Assembly (NCBI GenBank): GCA_030704615.1
Contig: CM060732.1
Span: forward strand, 42,346,001-42,410,000
Direction: 5' to 3'
DNA: 64,000 nt
From: Takakia lepidozioides
Taxonomy: Eukaryota > Plantae > Bryophyta
The notes beneath the pieces were generated by a model, which saw only the letters and a program-made list of their open reading frames with translations, had not been told where the DNA came from and did not search any database. The position numbers were made by a program, and so were the translations under genes. Every line of letters starts with the position of its first letter. Within the stretch, counting starts at the first letter, position 1. This document shows, piece by piece, positions 36,901-48,901 of the stretch.

Positions 36901-38125
36901 CATTAACTGACTCCCTTTACGCAAGGCGCCAGTTTCCTGATACAACTCACAAGAGTAGTTGCATACCTTGCAAGTCTTGGCGACCACCGCCTCCACTAAG
37001 CGGCTAATAGAATCTTCGGACAGCTCTGTGGCCGCCCGAGTCATGTTCAATTGTCAGGGTTTTGTACATTTCTTGGCTATGTGCCCGGCTCCCCGCAATT
37101 AAAGCACACTCCATCGAAGGTCGCCTTCTGTCCGCCATAAGCTGCCGCACCTGATTTTCTTTTCGGAGCACCGGGTGCCGCCTTGACGTGTGAAAGCCCT
37201 CCCTTCGATTTCCACGTGTCATTATCGCCGCGTGGCCTATCCCACTTCTTTTCCGGTCGGAAGGAGTCACCCTCTCGCCGGGTCTTCTTGTGGTTCAGCT
37301 CCGTATGGCCTTGTCTTTCGCCCCTAGGGACATCCAAAAAACATTCAGCCCTATCGATTGCCTCGTTCAAAGTCTTAGGTGGCTTCTCCTCCAACTTCCG
37401 CCTGGCCCACGGGGTTAGTCCCGCCACAAAGTTGAAGACCATTTTCTAGTTCTGCCATGTCCGCGACTTCGAGCAACAGCACATTGAAAGCCTGAACATA
37501 TCCCCGAATGTCATCCGTTTGCTTCAAATTCCTCATCTTGTCCCGGGCGATTCAGGACGCGTTGAGGGGCACAAACTGTCTTTTCATAAGTTCCTTGAAC
37601 CCACTCCAGTTCAAGGTTTCCGGGTTTGGACCTTGGTCGTGAAGGCGTTTTTGCCACCATTGTTGAGCATTCCCTCAAATAGGTAAGAGCTACTTCCACC
37701 CGATCCTCGTCACTCAACTTGGCCGCCCGGAAGTACTGCTCTAGCTCCAAGAGCTAGGTGTTGAGTGCCTTCCGATTTCGGACGCCCTCGAAGGTGCCAG
37801 GTTCCTTAGGCTTCACCTTAAACTTCACCTGAGTGGAAGTGGCATTAGCCGCCTTCAATATGTTTTTCAATGTCCCGCCAAACTGCGCCAACAACCCTTC
37901 CCAAAAGGCTGCTGGCATAGGAGGCATCGGTTGGTCTGTCGGAACCCTCATGAATTCCTCAGGCTCCGACTCCCCAGATTCCTCCCGTTCTTGAGTTGCC
38001 TCGCTTTCAAAAGCATGCATCGCTTCCTCAAATGGCCGCCTCGGTGACACGTCGCCCCCATCGGGCTCACCAGGATCATCATCTTTCGGACCGTTCCGCT
38101 TTCGCTTTCGCTTGCCCGACCCCAT
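33964..38125 (-). pseudogene. gag-pol polyprotein with stops, frameshifts and an internal deletion of the RT N-terminus
   Basis: Gag KPKEPGTFEG; zinc knuckle CFNCGEPG; protease LVDIGASHSF; [15 protein letters not shown] and VYIDNILVY; RNase H HTDASDFAIGGVL; integrase HHCC region and WESVSMDF; chromodomain EYEVEAVL...EYLVKWKGY...ASWV. Confidence 0.95.
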
Positions 38126-38775
38126 GATGAGGCCGATCTCAAGGACGATCGCGTATTGAACTCTAAGCGGAGTTTGCAATGCCCGATAGTAGTATTGACC
38201 TCATTATTCATGAAATTACGGACGTTCTTGACCCTGCGGCCGTTGAAACCATGGTTGAGGAACAGCGAATTGTGGATGAGAGAAGGAAGAAGGAAAAGAA
38301 CTAGTACTGGAAACCGGGTCGCCATTCAATCCGAGATGAATCCGATATCTGATGTCGACCATGTTACAAATGAGCGGGACATTGCCATAACAACTGTATG
38401 GCGTTTATCCAAAACATTGGAGATTCGGGCATGGGTCCCATTGAATGGCGATCGGGAGAATTGGGTACAATGGGCAACCCATTTGGCCTCCAGAGAAGCA
38501 CGGGTAGAGCGGGCACTGTCAACCTTGCAACGGGTCGCACGCATATCGAACCGTAGCGTGGATAACATTTATCTATGTTCGATCGATGTGAGCACAAAAT
38601 TTCGGGGTCGAACAGAAGCATAAACTGGGAATTGGAGATAGAGGAGGAGTGGGACACCACAAAAGGATGATTGAAGGCGAAGATCTTCGTAAGGGGACGT
38701 GAAGCAAACATAACTTATGGTGTCACTTGACCCAGAAGGGCTACTGCCTTCCGGTAGGAAGGTGAACACTTTTGT

Positions 38776-38856
38776 AACAACCAACAGGGTGGTTTGAACC
38801 CACACCCACTTGTAAGAGGGTATATGCCCTTACCGCTGGGCTACATGTTGGTTGTT
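38776..38856 (-). other. tRNA-like (Pol III A/B-box) structure with an 11-bp closing stem; not a functional tRNA gene
   Basis: Minus strand: AACAACCAACA-TG-TA-GCCC-AGCGGTAA-GGGC-...-GTGGG-TTCAAA-CCAC-CC-TGTTGGTTGTT. D arm and T arm are recognisable; the anticodon arm is irregular. Confidence 0.75.
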
Positions 38857-38861
38857 TAAGA

Positions 38862-39638
38862 ATGACCAGCCACATCAAACCGGCCCAGAAGAAGGAGATA
38901 CCACGACGCGTTTTGCCGTCATGGATATCAAATGACATAGTTTGTTTGTTGTGCAGGAATCCATACGGCCCAGAGGGATGTCATGTGCTTGGATCATGTG
39001 GACATATGTTCCATCTCACATGTCTTATCCCGCAAGCCTTGCGGATGAACGCTTGCCCAGAATGCCGTACACCAATCCATCGCCGTTTCTATGAATTGGT
39101 GGGCTTGGAAGAAATGATGCCCATAGGTTTTGAATATAATCGACACAACCTCCCATTGGATGGGCTACCATTTACATTTCTAAATTGTGTGCATTGGGGC
39201 AAGAACTTGGTATGGAATGCAGACAGAGAGATGCATGGCATACATGCCGGAAACCCGCACATACGTCAAAGATCCCCAGTATTTCTGGGTCACATCTGAC
39301 TAGAAGATAACCATACGTGCGGGAGGCATTCTCGATTGGTGGGAGAAAGAGAGCAGTTTTGCCACAATTTGGGAGGGCATTGGAGTCAGAGAAGGTCCAG
39401 GTTTATTTGACTCCCACAGGTTTCATGGGTGCTGGAGGAGAACGAATTGTATGACCAAGAACCGATTGGGAGACATTTGTTGTTGTGCAAACTGGAAGAT
39501 GCTATAATATGTCAACGTCAAATGAATAAGGTGTACGAGACGACTTATCGTCGAAACGACACAATGATTAGGGACAGGGCCCGCGAGATGCAGTTGAAAA
39601 GTTTCAAAAGTACCATCAAGGCAGTTGTAGAGCAATAG
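38862..39638 (+). pseudogene. RING-H2 zinc-finger protein fragment, probably TE-borne
   Basis: CLLC-x12-CGHMFHLTC-x10-CPEC in ORF 38862-39299; continues out of frame to ORF 39429-39638. Confidence 0.75.
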
Positions 39639-40017
39639 AGGCGACTATGGACAGACCGTTATCAACATGTTTCGGGGGCTCTATTGCCGAATGTGGACGG
39701 CCTCGTTGCCGATTTGCATGCAGCCCGAGCACTTGTTGTCGATCCACCTCCGCCACGTCGTGAGAGTGAAGAAGAAAGTCAACTTTTGCCGCAAAGTAGG
39801 CGGATGTAGGCCAGAATTGATCACATGCCATTGGGCCCCTCATTGACCACGAGATCACGGTCGCAAGCTCTCCGTATTGGCAGTGCAAATCAGGCCACAA
39901 CATCACATCCCTTGTCTTCGGACAATGACGACTAGGCTTTTAATGATTGACAGCGTAGTACATAGACAATGTGCATTCTTGTTGTACCTTGAATATTGTT
40001 GGAAAACACAGTGATAG

Positions 40018-40729
40018 TGTCGCACACCTCCCTTCAGTAAACTCCCCCTCAAGTTATAGTTACTCGCTTTGATGCGCGCGCCTAACTCCCAAACTGGCAG
40101 TCCGGGCCAACTCGGAGCTTCGGCTGCTCACCGGGGCATAACAGTCCCCTTTTGCTCTTCCACGAGACCCTCGCACACTTTGGGTCTAGTGGAATTATCT
40201 TTGGTTGTTGGCAGTCCGGAACAGCTCCCCACACCTTGGTCGCTTTCCGGCTCGCACGCTTACTCACTAGTTTTTGGTCACCAACGGGCTTGCACCGTTC
40301 TCGGGGTTACTACTCTCTATATATATTTCTGTGACTGTCCACGGGGGTTTCACAAACAACACCGTCCTTTTATGGCGAACCACCATGAAGACCATTGACT
40401 CCCGGTGATGAATCGTGGTGAGTCTTGGCCCACCCACCACGGCCCCAATGGACTGTGATGAGTACCAAGACTCCCACCACAAGGTCTCAGCCCCATGGTG
40501 AGTCCTATTCCACCCCCACTAAGACCCACTAAGCTACCACCACCCCTCGTGGAACACCCCACCGCACCCGGTGTGCGGGGCTCCACCTAGTGAGCGCCTC
40601 CGCCTTCTTGAATGCCTTGGGCACTCAAGGGTGCTTCAGCCCCCATACCTATTGTTGCCACTGCCCCCATCACAGGGGCAACCCATCTTGTGTCCCGACC
40701 CCCTGCCCTCAAGGTAAAGGGCCGCGATA
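40018..40729. mobile_element. Solo LTR of the same family as 32341-33059
   Basis: TGTCGC...GCGATA flanked by the 5-bp TSD GATAG at 40013-40017 and 40730-40734. Confidence 0.92.
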
Positions 40730-41108
40730 GATAGCATTCCGCCAATTTTGTATATCACCAATTTTATTAATACACAATGCACATGTGCGGCACCTGCCAA
40801 TTTCAATTGCATGAGCAACGTTTTTTTCACATTTACACTCGTGTGATGGGGAAGAAGTGGTTCACCCTGTAAACAAATTTACAATGGTGTCATATTTGGT
40901 CATGACGTGTATGTGGGTATCTGTAATGAACTCCGAAAGCTGGAGAACAAGGAAAATTGACGTTAACCAATAAGTTATAACGAGTTACGAATGGTCGTCT
41001 TCCAAACAAATTTCGCCTGGTCCCTGCATATTTCATAATCATTTCGCAAAATCTATGATCTTTCTACGTATGACGAACATACCCACAAAGTTCTCGAAGC
41101 ACAAAATA

Positions 41109-42340
41109 ATTTCGATTGATCTCATATTACTCTGGGACCTCTTGCATAATACATTGAACATACTGGCCAAGTCTCAGAGCGATCCAAAATCATTTCGATG
41201 GGCAACCATCCGTTGAGCCATCGAATCAATTTTGATTGATTTCATATTAGTTCGGGACCAGTGAGAAGGTGTCTCGAATGTACTGCCAAAGTTTGGAAGC
41301 AAATAAAAATGATTTGGATGTGCAACCATCCGTTCACCCCATGAATGAATTCCGTTGGATCTGCTATTACTTTGAGACCTGTTGGACTGCGTTTCGCATG
41401 CTCATGATTTTTTTTTTTCATTCCGTTTTTTATTATGGTGTGTAATGACTCCATATGCAACGTGCGTGCCAAATTTGGGAGTGAACAAAATTCATTTGGA
41501 TCCAAAACCACAGTTTCTTCCCTGTTTTGCACTCCAAACTTGATTTGTGTTTTACTGCATGCATTCTTCATAGAGAGTTCTGCAATAGTGAGCGAAGAGA
41601 ACATTTTTTTTTTTTTGTGGACATTTTTTATTGGTCCAAATTTTGGCGGGGGAGTAGCGGTGGGATGCTTGAAGCCGCAGAACCAAATTGAGCCAAAAAC
41701 AAAATCGATACGTGGCAGAAAACCCCAAAGAAAAGCAGTGTCAACCTATTTATTGGCTTAAAATTCATTTAAATTCTCGAATGGCTTGAGGGGTGAGTGC
41801 GTCGATGGGGAGGCAAATGATTTATTTGTCTGTTGTGTCTCCGCACATGTGTCACATAGATGTTCAAGCACATGCGGGCAAAAGATGGGCTTCAACCACA
41901 TCCGTTCAATGGGTGCAATAGCCGTGCATGCATTGCAATATTTCTTTTTCGCAATGAACAATATCGGATGACAGGTGAACGCCTCATTGGCCCATCAAAC
42001 AAATTTTGATTGATCTTATATTACACTGGGACCTGTGAGATGGTACATTGAACACACTGCCTAAGTCTCAAAACGAACCAAAATCATTTGGATGGGAAAC
42101 CATCCGTTCAGCCATTGAACGCATTTCGATTGATCTCATATTACTTTGGGACTTCTTACATGGTACATTGAACATACTGGCCAAGTCTCAAAGCAAAGCA
42201 AAATCATTTCGATGGACAACCATCCGTTGAGCCATCGAATGAACTTCGATTGATCTCATATAAGTCTGGGACTTGATACATGGTATGTTGAACATAGTGG
42301 CAAAGATTGAAAACAAACGAAAATCATTTGGATGGGTTCA
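41109..42340. repeat. ~120-bp repeat in two tandem blocks (two copies ~41109-41340, three copies ~42001-42340)
   Basis: Unit TTTCGATTGATCTCATATTACT.TGGGAC...ACATTGAACATACTGGCCAAGTCTCA...AAAATCATTT.GATGG..AACCATCCGTT. Confidence 0.85.
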
Positions 42341-44249
42341 ATCGAACATTGGGTCTGTTACATGGTATGCCTTTTGAAGCTCTTTTTGTAGTGTCTCCTG
42401 CTTCGTAATGCGATGCTTTTCCATGTCCACTTTATCCAATATGTCGATGTTCTCCACCTGGAACAGATTCACACATGTGTGCATAAATCCTTAAATAAGC
42501 AAATGACCATATCCACTTTTATAAGCTTCATCCCCAGCTAACAGTTTTGATGGTCATTTGGTTTTTTAAGTATTTATATACACAAGTGTGGATATGTTCC
42601 AGATGAATGATATCAACATTGGAAAAATTAGAGTTGGAGAATCAACTCATTACGAAGCAAGAGACATTACATAAGACCTCAACATGTTGAACATCTAGAT
42701 GAAGAATCTTGTCCATTGTCGTTTCAAGCGCTTCTGAAATGATCACATGTTTGTTGGTGGAAGCTAATTTCGTATGCCACATTGATCTCGTACCCATCGA
42801 AGACTCCCGTAGGCCACATGGAACTGTTCATGTGATACAATTTCACAAATGTGATGTGATACATTTGTGAAATGGTATCACATCAACCGTTTAATGTGGC
42901 TAATGCACCTCTTCCGCACCATGACAAAATTGTTCGCCACTTGAAGGCACAAACACAAATAATCCGTGCAAACAATATCAAGAATCATATGTACTGCAAG
43001 GTGTTTCATACTGTCAATGTTCATGTAGCTGATTTCTTTAGGAATCGTTTTGCTACTCCCATGCCAACAATATCAAGTCCACTGGGACTGTCATATTCTG
43101 AATTCCGTATCAGCCACCACGGACATGAAACCAGGAACTGAGCACAAAATCTCCCATTCATTCAATTTATGGTGGGCCAAAAGTAGAAGTAGAAATAGAA
43201 GTAGAAGTGGTGGGCAAGCCCACATTGCTATCCCCATATACTAGAAAAACTATTAAAAATTATGGATGGAATATCCTATTTCCTTGGATGATGAAAGATA
43301 TTATCCATTTCTGGTTGGTAGGTATCACTTTTCATCCTACCAGCTGTCATAGGGCGCGCTCCTAGATATTTTAGCCCCCAAAAATCCCTTCATATGAATT
43401 CAAGTAGCCACGGACGTCCAAGAAGCTCAAAAAATGGTGGCCATTGCAGACCTTGGCCAAAATCCTCAAACTTGGCCGTATATTTGTTGTGGTATCCTTG
43501 TAAACCCCACCAATCTACAAGCCCATTGGGTTCAACCATAAACCAAGAAAAATAACCGAGCTACAAATCCCCGTAAAAACGGAATTTTCAACGCCGAGCA
43601 TATTTTTTGGGTGTGGACAGATCGACACTTAGGGCTGAAACTCCTTCCACACCATCTTGTCCGACTATTAGTTACACACAAAAACATTCCCCACCAACAA
43701 CGCTCGATAACGGCTTCGTCCTATCAGTTTGAGGTCCTTAACATAGCAAAATCCCAATTGACGACTACCACTGGATAAAATCTCTTTTGGATTTTTAATA
43801 GAAGCCCAAGACACCTTGGAAGCTCCTTCAATTGAATTCACATACAAAAACTTAAATATTCGCATGGGAAAAAAGATACACTGCGGGCAGTTTGCAACTT
43901 ACCATAACGCAGTGCCTGTTTGTTTTAGTGAACAAAAACACAGGGGAACCCATGCTTGATCCCTGTCAATAGCATGCTCACGCGTGTAATAAAATCAAGA
44001 CCAAGAACATGTGTGCTCCACGCCTCCAGCGTCCTCTTTGAAACTGCATTGGAGCAACGTGAAAAAATGATATATGGCATTTGTGAGACTGTTGTCAACC
44101 GTGTTGTTTAAAATATAGCCCATCGGGTATTTTTTCATTGAGGTCGAGCACTCTTGACTTGCCTTCATCTTGATAGCGAACAGACGTTGAGGTGATAAAC
44201 ATGCAGACTGTTGCCTACAGTCGTATAACATGCCTCTAGATGTTCGAAA

Positions 44250-45284
44250 TTGCCGACTAGAATTGCACGCCTACAACTGCTGCTCCTTGCAGATACCCTA
44301 GTCAAACATATCTTCTGGCCACATCTATTTCCATCCCCATACTGCCCATTATGCTCAATTACTTATCAGGCACGTGACACTTGGCCACACCTCCTTAGCC
44401 AATGCACACATCCGATTATACATGGCATTCATTCATATCACACGTCACAACCACGCAATCTGACATCTCCATAAGATCTTTCTATTAAACCGGTTCTCGC
44501 TCATTAACGCTGACACCTACCAAGGTCGGCCGCCAGACCACACTGTACCACCATGGCTGCTACCGTGCATATGTACCCGATCACCATGCTCCTGCCCCGC
44601 TAGGCTTTCCCCGGACATACTCCTTGTCCAAGGCCTACCCATTAACACCATGCCTCCTACCTCACCATCCCTACAAATCACTATTCACGTCATTGAATTT
44701 ACATTCTGCCATGATCGATATCCCAACGACACGATCCTAGAAAAACGACAAAAATATGCCCCGTTTATCCATGCAATCCGACGGTGTAGCTGGAAAACCG
44801 GCCCATTAACCGTCATCACCGCCGGTACTCGAGGCGACATTCATAACGCCAATATCAACGACATACACGATAACTTCAAAATCCCCATCTTCCCCATCCA
44901 TAAATGTTTCAAAACAATCCACCTCACGACGCTCCGTTCCCTCACAGCAAACGCCAACTGGAATCCGGCTCTTCGAATGCACCCTAGGTCACCCAAGGTA
45001 CCACAGACCCCTCTATTTTCTACGGTCACCTGGTGTCCTACATGACATCTGTCTTTTTATAGGGCCCACCCCCCAAAGGGGGCAGTAGCTGCAAAGTGAA
45101 GTGGCTCTTAGTTACGCCGGCTCCGGCCGGAGCTTCTCTCTTTCTTGTGATGCGTTGCGCCTTAAAGTAGTTGAGGATGGGTGTCTTTTGGCGGGGGTGT
45201 GCATGCTCAAATTGAGGGAGGAATGGGCTTTTAAGCCAGCTGAGTCCTAGTGGGGACGCGGTATTATCGCTGAGGGACTGACGC
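44250..45284 (+). mobile_element. 3' fragment of a LINE with a CCHC knuckle and restriction-like endonuclease (R2-group or Dualen-like)
   Basis: CPLC...DTWPHLLSQC, then RHNH (frameshifted), LSPDILLV, IHVIEFTFC and EKRQKY, which is the PD..E..K..KY RLE layout. The 3' boundary is approximate. Confidence 0.75.
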
Positions 45285-46179
45285 AATAAATAACAAGATT
45301 CCCATTCTCTTGCATCTGAAGGATGAACTCTTGTGCATTTCCTTGTGGGCAAGTATGTGGACCAGTGTTCCAAAGTTCACCTCCGTTTCCATTGTAAACC
45401 ACCAAATTTCCATCACTATGCATAGAAGCGTAATAGTTAGAAAAGACAGTGTTTCCGGTGAGCGTGAGCGTGAACATAAGAGGAATAATGCTCAATTTTT
45501 TAGAATATTCCACCTAATTCTGCCCCGAACCTAACCCGAACCTAACTTGTGAGTAAAACTTGAAGGTCGTAGTTTTGCGCGGAACTACGAATTCATGCAG
45601 GAAATGCTGAATCCACGGAAATGAAACATACGACAGTTCCACGCGGAACTGTCGATTTGCCACAGAAATATTCAACATACACCCAAACACTCAATGCCAG
45701 AAAAGTTATTATGGGCATATTCTCATATTCTTCTTATATTCTTAGAATATTTTTAGGATATCCATAAGATATTCCTAGTATATTCTCATATTATTAGGAT
45801 ATCCTTTGTTAGTATTATTGGAATACTCCAATAAATATTCCTGAAATATTCCCGGACCCGAGCCTGACCGAACCAGCCGCTTACGCTCACGCTTACGACA
45901 TATCCGCCCCCAGTTAGATTCTTTATCATATGTGCCGCTACTCCATACTGCTTGCCCAGTAATGCACTTGTATAACACCAAATTACAGTTACTTTGCATG
46001 ATAATATCGTATGTCCCATACTCACGAACTAGGCCATTTTTACTAGTTATGTTGGCTGACTGATACAAACAACAACCATCGATGAAATTTGGTTCACAAC
46101 AATCAGTCCTAGCTGGGACTATGGAAACTATGAGACATAGAATTGTCAACACTGTTTTGAATACACTTTTGGCATCCAT
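45247..46179 (-). pseudogene. Secreted bulb-type (GNA/curculin-like) lectin interrupted by a 441-bp insertion
   Basis: Signal peptide MDAKSVFKTVLTILCLIVSIVPART; three QxDxNxVxY-like motifs (MQSNCNLVLY, MHSDGNLVVY, MQENGNLVIY). Joining 46179-45898 to 45456-45247 gives an open 163-aa frame. Confidence 0.85.
45457..45897. mobile_element. MITE-like insertion with imperfect terminal inverted repeats
   Basis: Left end GGTGAGCGTGAGCGT versus reverse complement of the right end CGTAAGCGTGAGCGT (13/15); it interrupts the lectin frame. Confidence 0.7.
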
Positions 46180-47977
46180 ATTGTTGTTGCAGTATGCTTC
46201 ACGAAAGAAGTTAGGTCTAATTGAGCTCCTACATGTTGATTCGTCTTTCTGTACAATCACGTCAACTAAAATTGAATGAAAGTTACTATGAAGACACAAA
46301 CTATTCTGATTTTTTGTTCGAAAAATATTGATAAAAGGTCAAGACATTTTCAAAGGTTCAATGTCGATACAAACATTTGTCAATGGAGACAAATCTGCAG
46401 TGTCAACATACCATCGTCATATTATGATCATTGCGTTGTCCAATTGAATAGTCAACATTGCATAAGAAAATGATGTTGAAACGGATTGAATTATTAATTT
46501 CAATATATAATATATATTTATACATAAACATAGTACTTCTTTGTACTGCAACACTGGCAAAAAATGTAACAACTCACTTATAATTTCTACGAGAGCAAAA
46601 TTGCCTTCATATATGGAAGTGCTAAAAAAATAAAAAAAAATAAAAAATAGAGAGCTGGCCACTTTGTGCTTTTCACCTCTATGATGTCTCTCTGGTGAGG
46701 GTAGCGACAATAGAGCGACAACCATCGCTCTACTATCCCATTTTACACCCTCACCGTACTTCATAATTCAGAAAGTGGGGAGACAAAAAACATACAAAAA
46801 GAAAGAAATGCGGTTGAATTATCGCAACATGCTTGCCCTGCATCCCAAAGCTCATCCTTGGAACTCCAATAAAACAACGAACAAAATACTAGGGCTGAAG
46901 TGCAATAAATGTCAAAAGAGCAAGCGAGCAAAATACAAGGAAAAAAAGAGAGGACCAAACTCAAAATAACACATAAATGAGCGTAAAACGCGTTTCATCA
47001 TGTATTTTGTTTTTGGCATTCCTCTATGGGTACGTGGCGTGGCGTGGAACGAAGCGGGCATGGAGGTTGGGGAGGGGCCCACACTGATTTGATGCTAATA
47101 TGTCCACACCTTCACGTGGGCGAGCATGTCCCTAGTTCCTCTTTTGGTACTGCGTCTGCGGACTTAACAAATACTTTTGGCCAAACTGGCCTAACTCACC
47201 CTCCATCCCCTCGACTTAACGGATAACTCTAATGTGTAGCTAGTAGCTACTACTTTTTGGTATCGTTTACTCTGAAGTAAGTATCCTTATAAATAATTTA
47301 AATTCACTGCATGTCTCTACTATGATGAAATAAAATTGGTGTAACTCTTGCTTCTACGCAGGCTATGAACCCTACAACGAGCTACATGGTGATAGTATCG
47401 GAAGAGTGCCAAGTCACAATTGATAGCCATATAGTCCAAGCACAGGGAGCACTTCATGAATTTTCACATTCCATTAGCGATGAACATATGTGGAGGGTGG
47501 GGTAAATTTTTAAAACCCTAACTAAGGGAATGTTTGAAGTGTGAACCATTATTTTATTGAAGGCTGATAAAACCCTAATTTAAGTTTAAAGTGTGTGACC
47601 AGAGCTATACCAACCACCATTGGACATGGATGATGCACAATGAAATCTAACCTCAAGTGTGTGTATACAAGGTTGGGTCATAATGAATGTTTGGAGTATA
47701 TGCATATTTTGAATCCTATGTATTTATGCTTTGACTACAGACTTGGATGACCGGATCTAACTGGTCATCCCACTATGGATGACCGACTATAGCTGGTCCA
47801 ATATTTTGAGAAATGGTATCTTGAAAAAATAGATGCTTTAAGTAGCACCATGGTACCAAGATACCTTTTGTGGATGAGGCTATTTAGGGAGTCTCTTAGA
47901 GTTGAGTCAAAATGTTATTGAAGATGATTTAATACTGACACGACTCGACAACTTTCCTTTCTTCCAACTTTCTTTCT

Positions 47978-48044
47978 CCCATAAGCTCTTTGAGATTTCT
48001 GCTGACATTATAAAGTACCATTTCATTTCATTTCATTTCATTTC
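47978..48044 (+). mobile_element. Short retroposon 3' end with (CATTT)n tail
   Basis: CCCATAAGCTCTTTGAG...GACATTATAAAGTAC(CATTT)5; same family as the copies at 51294, 54388 and 57142. Confidence 0.75.
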
Positions 48045-48901
48045 CTCCAATACTTTCTTGTTACTACTCTGACAGTTAGGATGTTGCCAAAGGCCAGTCA
48101 AATATGCCACATTCTCAATCCTCACAAGATTTTCTTCCAAAATGCTTCATGGCAAAAAGTTGGCAACCCCTCCAGTCCACAAGTTCTAGAGCATGTGTGC
48201 CATTCAGTGAAATCAGTCTGGCAGTGTTTTCTCTTCTCTCAGACATGATGTGCAGTTGATCGATCATATTTTCAACCATTTACTTTCTCAAAATCCGGAG
48301 CCGATTTACAAAGGGCGTTTATGCCGGATCACCACTTACTAGATAAGTGGATAGTCTATGTATCTATCGTACAAAATATGAAGGGCCGTTTTGCTGTAAA
48401 GTCTCACAACTGGGCTAAATGATCCACTCATCTCACGATCCTGTGAATGATTTCCCCTTTGCAATCTTTCCTTCGACAACACGAGGTGGTTTGGCACAGA
48501 TACCCCTTTTGAAATTATTACGAGGGGTAACAACTTGACAGTTTCTACTCAAATTTCGATCACGGAATGCCCAGGGCTAATTGCTGCAAAAACCAAGCTA
48601 TGTCATGAAGGCGTCACATCCCAACTTAAAGTTCACCACCCCACTGGTCATGCCTGCATATGCTGTATTCTGTATGGAAACTGTAGGCCCAATTCAACAG
48701 AGCTTCTTATCCCAGCTATCTTTTGATCAACATTGTGGTACCCAAGCTGGTCAATTTTTTGGTCAGAAATGAACCACGGTGCCTGCCTCTTGAATACTTC
48801 CTGAGAAGCAAGAGGTGCAATTAGCTGGGGGTTATGGCATCTGACCTTGGCCCAAGGATGATGTCATGCTATTCTCATTGCGGCCAGGATGACATGTTCT
48901 C

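Larger units (their letters stand above)
32341..38856 (-). mobile_element. Ty3/Gypsy chromovirus LTR retrotransposon, decayed, matching 5' LTR absent
   Basis: 3' LTR at 32341-33059 preceded on the minus strand by PPT GGTAGGGGGGTG; domain order gag-PR-RT-RH-INT-chromodomain. Confidence 0.9.

Noticed and set aside
38156-38623. 155-aa antisense ORF in the gag leader
   Set aside because: TTG start and no recognisable motif; cannot be supported without conservation data.
38776-38856. Functional tRNA gene
   Set aside because: Irregular anticodon arm, mismatched acceptor stem, shortened T arm and no oligo-T terminator on the minus strand.
32341-40729. One full-length LTR element bounded by the two LTR copies
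   Set aside because: The right copy has its own 5-bp TSD (GATAG) on both sides, the outer flanks do not match (TTGCA vs GATAG), and no PBS is adjacent.
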